Below, piece by piece: positions 7,771 through 15,148 of a DNA stretch of 34,029 nucleotides (positions are counted from its first letter, which is position 1; each line of letters begins with the position of its first letter). Under the pieces are notes generated by a model. It saw only the letters and a program-made list of their open reading frames with translations, did no database searches and was not told where the DNA came from. This stretch comes from Candidatus Nanohalarchaeota archaeon. Its GTDB lineage: Archaea > EX4484-52. The DNA lies in contig DAOVUW010000001.1 of assembly GCA_030632385.1 (NCBI GenBank), positions 1 to 34,029 on the forward strand. Direction: 5' to 3'. The translations under genes were made by a program, and so were the position numbers.

Positions 7771-10770
7771 ATGTTTGGATATATAGGAAAAATATTAATA
7801 GTTGATTTAACTACAGGAAAAACAGATGAAAAAACACTAGATCCAGAATTATTGTCTAAATATATTGGTGGAAGAGGATTGACTACAAAAATTCTTTATG
7901 ATGAATTAAAGCCGGGAATTGATGCGCTTTCAGAGGAAAATATTATGGTCTTTATGACCGGTCCATTAACAGGACTTGCATGCTCTTCAGGAAGATTTTG
8001 CATTGCATCTAAATCTCCGCTTACCGGGACTATATTTGATTCACAGGTCGGCGGTACATTTGGCGTTGAACTCAAAAAAGGAGGATATGACGGAATAATT
8101 ATACTCGGAAAATCAAAAAAGCCGGTTTATCTTATGATTAACGATGGAAAAGCAGAATTAAAAGATGCTAAAAATCTATGGGGTAAAAACACAGGCGAAT
8201 GCACAGATTTAATATTAAATAAAGAAGGGAAAAATGTGAAAGTTTCATGCATTGGTCCTGCCGGAGAACATCTTGTAAGATATGCATGCATCATTACAGA
8301 GAAAGAAAGAGCTGCCGGACGAGGTGGTCTGGGAGCTGTAATGGGTTCAAAGAACTTAAAAGCTGTTGCTGTTAGGGGAACAGGAAAAATCATTCCTGCA
8401 AATGAATACGCATTTAGAAACGAAGATAGAAAATTTATGAAACTCTTAAGAGGTCATCCTGTTACAGGCGATGGATTTGGGCGTTTTGGAACATTAATAT
8501 TAATGAACCCAGTTAATAAGCAGGGTGTTTTGCCAGTAAATAACTTTCAGGAAGGTTATTCAGAATCAATAGAAAAACTGACCGGAGAAACAATGCAAAA
8601 ATATCTTGTAAAAAAAAGATCATGCGCTTTATGTCCCATTGCCTGCGGCAGAATTATTAAAGTAGGAAACACAACTACAAGCGGACCTGAATTCGAGAGT
8701 ACATGGGCATTGGGCGTCTTGACAGGATATTCTTCTGCTGAAAGTGTAGCACACTTAAATGAACTTTGCAATCAGTATGGATTGGATACTATTTCTACAG
8801 GAAACACAATGGGTTTTATCAAAGAATGTTTATCTAAATGTCTCATTGATGAAAAAATATCCTTTGATAATCACGAGGCACTTGCTAATTTAATAACTAA
8901 AATTGCATTTAGAGAAGGCATTGGTGATTTAATCGCAGAAGGAACAAAAAGAATTTCTTCAAAAATCGGGGGAAAAGAATTTGCAATCAATGTTAAAGGA
9001 TTGGAATTGCCTGCATATGATCCAAGGGGTACTAAAGGACAGGGACTTGCATATATTACAAGCAATAGAGGTGGTTGTCACACAAGAGCTTACATGATAC
9101 CACAAGAAGTACTTTCAATGCCAAGTTACTTGGATAATTTAGAAACGGACGGAAAGGCTAAAAAAGTAATAGATATTGAAAATATTTTTACTGTACTGGA
9201 TTCATTGATGAGATGCAAATTTACCTCACTGGCTGTCTTTAAAACATTCGATTATGAAGTTGAAGTCTACAGCAGACTACTGACAACAGCTACAGGATTT
9301 TATTTCTCACCGGAAGATTTCAAACAAGCAGGAGAAAGAATATGGAATCTAGAGAGATGCTTTAACAATAGAGAAGGATTTACAAAAGCAGATGATTCCT
9401 TGCCTAAAAGATTCTCCAAACCCATGATTGGAGGACCAGCAGACGGAGAAACAATTAACACAGAAAAAATGCTTGAAGATTATTATGATTTAAGAGGCTG
9501 GGATAGTGAAGGAATGCCGAGCGAAAGAAAATTAAAGGAATTGAGTTTGGATAAAATTAAAGTTCGGGAAATATGGCCTAAAAAAATAATCTCCTTAAAT
9601 TATGAATCTATTGATGAGGCTATTGCTACTGCAAAAAAAAAGGCAGGAATCGAAAACTGGATTGAAGCATCTTCGCCCTTGATCAAAAGTCAGGGCAATA
9701 ATGCAATATCTCAACTTAGATCAAATTTTCCAAACAACACGATCATTGCAGATTACAAAACAATGGATACAGGATATCTTGAAGTTACTATTGCCGCACA
9801 GGCAGGAGCCGATATCATAACAATATCAAGTCATGCGAGCAATAATACTATTGTAGATGCTGTTGGCGCAGCCGGAAAATACAGTGTGAAAATAATGATA
9901 GATTTATTTAGTTCAAATATAGACCGCGCAAAAGAACTTGAGTCTCTTGGTGTTAATTACATAAGAGTATTTGATGAAGAAAAAATAGAAGCAATATCCA
10001 ATGCAGTGACTATCCCTGTTGTTTCTTTAAAGACATCAAAATATGCTAAACTAATTACAGAGTCATATTATGATGAAAAAAAGGCACCTATAAAACGAAA
10101 GAACACACCGGAAAATGATGGAATATGGCCTAAACTCCAAGTAGCTTTAGATTTAGATAATCTTCCTGAAGCATTGAAACTTGCGCACGGAGCAAAAAAA
10201 GCAGAAGCAGACTGGCTGGAAGCAGGAACTCCATTGATAAAATACGCAGGTATGGAAGCTGTAAGAAAATTAAGAATACAACACCCCAAAAGCACTATTG
10301 TTGCTGATCTAAAGACATTATGCTATGGCTCAAAAGAAGTGGCAATTGCAGCAAGAGCAGGCGCAGATATAATTGGAATCTGCGGCGCATCTGAAGACAA
10401 AATTATTTTAGATGCTATTCAAACAGCAAAAGAATATAATGTACGAATAATGGCAGATTTAATATCCATTAAAGACCCTGTAAAACGGGCTAAAGAACTT
10501 GAAGATATGGGAGCAGACTATATTGAATTTCATATCTCTGTTGATGACCAAATGAGAAGCAGTGATGCAAAAATTCCTTTTCCTTTGGTAGAGCAAGTTT
10601 CTAAAGTTCTGACCATACCTATGGGTGTTGCAGGAGGCATGAGAGCAGATACAGCTCCATTGGCAATAAAATCCGGCGCAAAAGTAGCTGTTGTTGGCGG
10701 AGCAATAACAAGAGCCGCTAATCCTGAAAAAGCAAGTCTGTTACTCTTGAAGGCAATGGGAAGAAAGTGA
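7771..10770 (+). CDS. Fusion protein: tungsten-type aldehyde:ferredoxin oxidoreductase (AOR family) + truncated HPS-like barrel + full 3-hexulose-6-phosphate synthase barrel
   Basis: AOR part: GGRGL, CALCPIAC plus distal MRCKF (4Fe-4S ligand pattern), NRGGCH, and C-terminal YYDLRGWD. HPS part: LQVALD, LEAGTP, VADLKT, EFH, GVAGG, VVGGAI. ATG 7771 is preceded by agggag; the track start 7690 is a TTG. Confidence 0.85.
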   Translation: MFGYIGKILIVDLTTGKTDEKTLDPELLSKYIGGRGLTTKILYDELKPGIDALSEENIMVFMTGPLTGLACSSGRFCIASKSPLTGTIFDSQVGGTFGVELKKGGYDGIIILGKSKKPVYLMINDGKAELKDAKNLWGKNTGECTDLILNKEGKNVKVSCIGPAGEHLVRYACIITEKERAAGRGGLGAVMGSKNLKAVAVRGTGKIIPANEYAFRNEDRKFMKLLRGHPVTGDGFGRFGTLILMNPVNKQGVLPVNNFQEGYSESIEKLTGETMQKYLVKKRSCALCPIACGRIIKVGNTTTSGPEFESTWALGVLTGYSSAESVAHLNELCNQYGLDTISTGNTMGFIKECLSKCLIDEKISFDNHEALANLITKIAFREGIGDLIAEGTKRISSKIGGKEFAINVKGLELPAYDPRGTKGQGLAYITSNRGGCHTRAYMIPQEVLSMPSYLDNLETDGKAKKVIDIENIFTVLDSLMRCKFTSLAVFKTFDYEVEVYSRLLTTATGFYFSPEDFKQAGERIWNLERCFNNREGFTKADDSLPKRFSKPMIGGPADGETINTEKMLEDYYDLRGWDSEGMPSERKLKELSLDKIKVREIWPKKIISLNYESIDEAIATAKKKAGIENWIEASSPLIKSQGNNAISQLRSNFPNNTIIADYKTMDTGYLEVTIAAQAGADIITISSHASNNTIVDAVGAAGKYSVKIMIDLFSSNIDRAKELESLGVNYIRVFDEEKIEAISNAVTIPVVSLKTSKYAKLITESYYDEKKAPIKRKNTPENDGIWPKLQVALDLDNLPEALKLAHGAKKAEADWLEAGTPLIKYAGMEAVRKLRIQHPKSTIVADLKTLCYGSKEVAIAARAGADIIGICGASEDKIILDAIQTAKEYNVRIMADLISIKDPVKRAKELEDMGADYIEFHISVDDQMRSSDAKIPFPLVEQVSKVLTIPMGVAGGMRADTAPLAIKSGAKVAVVGGAITRAANPEKASLLLLKAMGRK
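10572..10770 (+). repeat. Direct repeat copy A (last ~66 codons plus stop of the AOR-HPS gene)
   Basis: Aligned by hand to 12439-12632. About 9 mismatches in the first ~155 nt, then a 5-nt indel. Both copies end at the stop codon. Confidence 0.85.
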
Positions 10771-10800
10771 ATTTTGCGTACACTAAAAAGGATAATTAGC

Positions 10801-10836
10801 CTTGAAAATCTGAATAGTAAGATAAGGATTTTCAAG
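10801..10836 (+). terminator. Hairpin plus T-rich tract downstream of the AOR-HPS gene
   Basis: Perfect 10-bp inverted repeat cttgaaaatc / gattttcaag with a 16-nt loop, followed by attttctttgtaattttttt. Confidence 0.4.
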
Positions 10837-10920
10837 ATTTTCTTTGTAATTTTTTTAAGAAAATGAGGGATTTTAAAATTAATTTGAACTTTAGAACCTT
10901 AAAAAATAATAACTACTTTT

Positions 10921-11078
10921 CTTATTTCTCCAAATAGTATCACTCAATTAATGTCTCTCTCCGACAGCATCAAAACAACCCACCCACATCCACAATCAGT
11001 TTCATACTTTCCACAATTCACCAGCCCTACACATCCCCAATAAACGTAGATTTATAACTAAGACAAATTTAAACTATA
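10921..11078 (+). promoter_or_regulatory. G-depleted, C-rich putative leader of the helicase gene containing a 30-codon uORF (10951-11043)
   Basis: Hand count of 37 C versus 5 G in 10951-11040. The ATG…TAA uORF reads MSLSDSIKTTHPHPQSVSYFPQFTSPTHPQ and ends 35 nt before the helicase ATG. Confidence 0.3.
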
Positions 11079-12380
11079 ATGGAGAATAAAATATCATTTA
11101 AAGATTTGAATTTAATACCACCGCTCGAAAGAGCACTAACTAAACAAAAGTATACCGTTCCTACCCCCATACAATCAAAATCCATCCCTGGTCTATTACA
11201 AGGTGAAGATTTGATTGGTATCGCACAAACAGGTACTGGTAAAACAGCAGCATTCATATTGCCAATATTGCAAAGGATGAGAGAGAAATATCCCAGAAAA
11301 ATTAAGACTTTGGTAATTACCCCTACCAGAGAACTTGCTGCACAAATTGGAGAAAGTTTTTCTGCATACGGCGAGTTTCTTAAATTTAAGCACACTGTAA
11401 TTTTTGGTGGAGTTGGTCAGGGGAAACAAGTCCGGGTCTTATCCAGCGGCGTAGATATTCTTGTTGCAACCCCAGGCAGATTACTGGATTTAATGAATCA
11501 AGGAATAATTAATCTAAAGGATGTAGAATTTTTTGTATTGGATGAAGCAGACAGAATGCTGGACATGGGATTCATTAATGATGTAAAGAAAATAATCTCA
11601 AAATTACCTCTTAAAAGACAATCCCTGTTTTTCTCAGCAACAATGTCTCCTGAGATTAATAAACTTGCAAAAACTCTACTTAAAAATCCTATTCATGTTG
11701 AAGTTACACCTCAGGCAACTACAGTTGAGCGCATAAAACAATGTATCTTTTTTGTAGACCCATCTGCAAAAGAAAAATTATTATTTGAACTTCTAAAACA
11801 GGAACATCTTACAAGTGTTTTGGTTTTCACCCGAACAAAACATAAGGCAAATAAATTAGCATCATTTCTTAGTAAAAATAATATATCTGCTGATGCAATT
11901 CATGGAAATAAATCACAAAACGCAAGAACTAAGGCAATTAGCGATTTTAAAACAGGCAAAACCAAAGTATTGGTAGCAACAGACATTGCTGCGCGAGGAA
12001 TAGACATTGAGAATATTTCGCATGTTATAAATTTCGAACTTCCGAACGAACCAGAAAGCTATGTTCACAGAATTGGGAGGACTGCCCGAGCCGGGGCTGA
12101 TGGAACAGCCTATTCATTTTGTGCAGCAGAAGAAAGGAATTATCTTAGAGATATTGAAAGATTAATAAAACAAAAAATTGAAGTTAATAATCATACCTTT
12201 CATTCAGAAATTGCTCAAAACGCAGTAGGTGCAGCAGCCAAACCTGCACCAAAAAATAAAAGACAATTTTCTAGAAATGCCAAATATGGTGATGGACCTA
12301 AAAACACACAAAAAAATAAAAAACCATTTTCTAAGAATGTTAAATCAGGGAATAGACCTAAACGCAGTTTTAGAAGATGA
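11079..12380 (+). CDS. DEAD-box ATP-dependent RNA helicase (RhlE-like) with a basic repeat tail
   Basis: Q motif [35 protein letters not shown] and [10 protein letters not shown]. Lys/Arg/Asn-rich C-terminus. Confidence 0.92.
   Translation: MENKISFKDLNLIPPLERALTKQKYTVPTPIQSKSIPGLLQGEDLIGIAQTGTGKTAAFILPILQRMREKYPRKIKTLVITPTRELAAQIGESFSAYGEFLKFKHTVIFGGVGQGKQVRVLSSGVDILVATPGRLLDLMNQGIINLKDVEFFVLDEADRMLDMGFINDVKKIISKLPLKRQSLFFSATMSPEINKLAKTLLKNPIHVEVTPQATTVERIKQCIFFVDPSAKEKLLFELLKQEHLTSVLVFTRTKHKANKLASFLSKNNISADAIHGNKSQNARTKAISDFKTGKTKVLVATDIAARGIDIENISHVINFELPNEPESYVHRIGRTARAGADGTAYSFCAAEERNYLRDIERLIKQKIEVNNHTFHSEIAQNAVGAAAKPAPKNKRQFSRNAKYGDGPKNTQKNKKPFSKNVKSGNRPKRSFRR
12252..12362 (+). repeat. 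Two 51-nt tandem units (60-nt period) encoding KNK.(Q/P)FS(R/K)N.K.G..PK in the helicase tail
   Basis: 12252-12302 and 12312-12362 align with few substitutions and are separated by aacacacaa. Confidence 0.7.
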
Positions 12381-12438
12381 TTAATAAATAATATTATTCT
12401 TGCTGTGCCATCCTAACTTCGACAAATTTGAAAGCAAT

Positions 12439-12632
12439 AATTCCTTTTCCTTTGGTAGAGCAAGTTTTTAAAGTTCTGACTATACCCACGGGTGTTGCAG
12501 GAGGCATGAGAGCAGATACCGCTCCATTGGCAATAAAATCCGGCACAAAAGTAGCTGTTGTCGGCGGAGCAATAACAAGAGCAGCCAATCCCGACAAGCC
12601 TCTTGCTCTTGAAGGCTATGGGGAGAAAGTAG
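12439..12632 (+). pseudogene. Promoterless 3'-terminal remnant of an HPS gene (direct repeat copy B)
   Basis: Encodes IPFPLVEQVFKVLTIPTGVAGGMRADTAPLAIKSGTKVAVVGGAITRAANP, nearly identical to the C-terminus of the 7771-10770 product. A 5-nt deletion then shifts the frame, and the original LLKAMGRK-stop is still visible out of frame (TAG 12630-12632). There is no upstream HPS sequence. Confidence 0.85.
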
Positions 12633-12749
12633 TTGCTTTATTTGTAATAAATCTCTTCTGCCTAAAAAATATCTTAACTATTTTAGACAAAGCATTTCAG
12701 ATAAATTTAAAAACGCAAAATTTAGTTATTTATTAGAATAATAACTAAT

Positions 12750-13784
12750 ATGAAAACTAATCTGACAAAACATGATGTTTCTATCATAATGATATTTGTC
12801 CTGTTATTGATTATAGGAAATGCTTTTATTTATTTGAAAGCCAGCGACAATAGTGAAATTTTAACAATGGATGAGAAAAATGATGAAATGAATGCTTATG
12901 TAGATAAATTGTATACAGATGCTGCAAATAATATAAAACGCATAAATAATGCCGATATAAAATCATGGACATTATATACAAACAAAGAACGTGGATTCTC
13001 TTTTAGATATCCTTCATATTACGATAAGTTTATAGTACCACAATCCGCTTATAGTGGTGAGGACAGAATTGACTTGACAATTACTCTTTCAGCATATAAT
13101 GATGAATTTACAGGAAGAATTATGATTATAGTTCATGATAAGCATTTGGATACTGTAAAATGGGAAATGAAAGATAAAGTAGAATCTTTTGAGGACATTG
13201 CTGTTGCAAAAGTAACTGGGAAAAAAGGAATAGTAAAATCAGAAAACATGGCGTACTCTTTTGTACTCTTTGAAAAGAACAGTAAAACTTATTCTATTAT
13301 TGCTGAAGATAATGAAGTCCTTGAAAAGATATGCAGTAGTTTTACTTTTCAAAACGATGATAGCACCACTGCACAGACAAATGAAATAGAAACAACTTCT
13401 GATTCATTGAAAACATATAAAAACGAAGAGTATAAATTTATGTTAGAATATCCTTCTTATCTTGAAAAATTCATAACTCCCATTACAAATGACGCTCCGG
13501 ATGGAGTTGAATTAATAGTTCTCTTCTCTTCTTTAGGTGATGAATCTTTTGAACCAATAGCTGTAATAATCTATAATCAAAGTGTTGAAGAGATAACAGA
13601 TGCTATAGGTGTTGACATAGAAGATACTACCATTAATGGATTGCCTGCTAAAAAAGGAGTGCGTCAGCAAAACGGAGAACTACAGGCAACTGTAATTTTT
13701 GAGAAAAACAGCAAAGTGTATGTTCTCATTGGAAAAGAAAATAAAGAGTTTAAAACAATATTAAATAGTTTTATCATGCTGTAA
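12750..13784 (+). CDS. Membrane-anchored or secreted protein with two tandem ~125-aa repeats (unknown family)
   Basis: N-terminal TM helix (SIIMIFVLLLIIGNAFIY). Repeat 1 (aa 72-200) and repeat 2 (aa 220-344) share Y.N.E..F...YPSY..KFI.P… and …FEKNSK.Y..I.….F….L.SF. Confidence 0.6.
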   Translation: MKTNLTKHDVSIIMIFVLLLIIGNAFIYLKASDNSEILTMDEKNDEMNAYVDKLYTDAANNIKRINNADIKSWTLYTNKERGFSFRYPSYYDKFIVPQSAYSGEDRIDLTITLSAYNDEFTGRIMIIVHDKHLDTVKWEMKDKVESFEDIAVAKVTGKKGIVKSENMAYSFVLFEKNSKTYSIIAEDNEVLEKICSSFTFQNDDSTTAQTNEIETTSDSLKTYKNEEYKFMLEYPSYLEKFITPITNDAPDGVELIVLFSSLGDESFEPIAVIIYNQSVEEITDAIGVDIEDTTINGLPAKKGVRQQNGELQATVIFEKNSKVYVLIGKENKEFKTILNSFIML

Positions 13785-13793
13785 TAATTGATT

Positions 13794-14933
13794 ATGAATC
13801 GAACATTATTGAAGTGGTTATGCCTTATTTTCGTGATTAATTTAATTGGAATTTATTGTGTTTTCTACTACAATCCGAGTTATTCTATTTTAGATATAGG
13901 GAGTGAAAGTTGCGTTCCTATTACCTGGAACTCTGAAGGAGAAAAGATTGCGTTTTTAAAGAACTTTGACGGATTTATTAAAGCTAGAGTTTACGATTTT
14001 CAAAACAAAAAGTTTAAGGATTATCCTGTAAATTCTTTAAGCGAAGTAAGTTTTAGAGACAATATTGTTTTTTCGCCGGACGCTAAAAAAATAGTTTACA
14101 TAACTAGAATAGGAAACGATAGAATTGTATCTTTATTAAATCTTGATAGCAGTACTGTATCTACTCTGGAAGATATATTGATTTATTCAAATTTATCAAC
14201 AACTTCTACAGGACGACCCATAAAAACTGTTTTTTGGTTAGATAATGACAGATTAATATATGAAAACAAAATTTCATTTAAACGAAATGGCATAATCATA
14301 GTTGATTTAAAGACAGGAGAAGAATTGCTATTTATAAAAAATGGGCTTCAACCATCTTTGTCTAATGACAAGACAAAAATAGCATATATCGTAATGGCAG
14401 AAGGAGGGATAAAATTTAATGTAAAAGTATTGAATTTGTTGTCCAATAAAACAATAACATTGGCAGAAAATGTTGAAACTTATTTGCATAGTATCAGATG
14501 GTCTCCAACAGATGCACACATAGCCATAGGGTATTCACAAGTTTATAAAATACCAGATAAAGCGAATATTGTTGGAGACAAAATTGCTATTATTGATATG
14601 GATAAGAATTTTTCTCTAGTTAGCGGAAGTAAATTATTGGCCTCGCCGGAATGGATAGATGAAAATAATATTTTAATGGCAGAATATAAAACATCCGGAA
14701 TTGTGCTACAGTCAAAAACAATAAAGGGATTGTATCTTTACAATATTAAAACAAGGGATTATAAAAAAATTTCATCAAAAATAAGATCTCTTAATTACTA
14801 TATTTCGCCTGATAGAAAAACACTGGTTTCGAGTTTGGGAACAAGAGGTTTTTTTGTTTTAAATTTAGAAAGATTGCTTTATCCAACCAAAATTGATAAA
14901 CTAAGAACAAAACTTGGAATTGTTAATCCATGA
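13794..14933 (+). CDS. Membrane-anchored TolB-like beta-propeller protein
   Basis: N-terminal TM helix. PD40-like repeats recur: FSPDAKKIVYI, SNDKTKIAYIV, WSPTDAHIAIG, ISPDRKTLVSS. ATG 13794 is preferred over TTG 13788. Confidence 0.55.
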   Translation: MNRTLLKWLCLIFVINLIGIYCVFYYNPSYSILDIGSESCVPITWNSEGEKIAFLKNFDGFIKARVYDFQNKKFKDYPVNSLSEVSFRDNIVFSPDAKKIVYITRIGNDRIVSLLNLDSSTVSTLEDILIYSNLSTTSTGRPIKTVFWLDNDRLIYENKISFKRNGIIIVDLKTGEELLFIKNGLQPSLSNDKTKIAYIVMAEGGIKFNVKVLNLLSNKTITLAENVETYLHSIRWSPTDAHIAIGYSQVYKIPDKANIVGDKIAIIDMDKNFSLVSGSKLLASPEWIDENNILMAEYKTSGIVLQSKTIKGLYLYNIKTRDYKKISSKIRSLNYYISPDRKTLVSSLGTRGFFVLNLERLLYPTKIDKLRTKLGIVNP

Positions 14934-15148
14934 TAAAAATAAAAAGATTCAATTCTAAAAAAAATATGAGTACAGGTTTACGCGGATTCCTAAAAGACAT
15001 AATCATATTTTATCTTTGCTTTAAAATTTTCATGATGTGGATATTTGAAGCGCCGTTTACAAATGAAATAGGCTATGCTGCATTAGTTTTGTTTGTAATC
15101 GCCACTTGGTTTATGCTTGAAAGATTTGGATTTCTGCCGAGATTGTAA
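14930..15148 (+). CDS. Small two-TM membrane protein (hypothetical)
   Basis: 72-aa ORF whose ATG overlaps the upstream stop (ATGA), suggesting translational coupling. Two hydrophobic segments. Confidence 0.4.
   Translation: MIKIKRFNSKKNMSTGLRGFLKDIIIFYLCFKIFMMWIFEAPFTNEIGYAALVLFVIATWFMLERFGFLPRL

Noticed and set aside
12428-12736. 102-aa ORF in the track as a genuine small HPS-like gene
   Set aside because: It is only the last third of an HPS barrel with no upstream barrel sequence. It reads through a 5-nt deletion into non-homologous sequence, while the ancestral stop is visible out of frame. Best explained as a pseudogene remnant.
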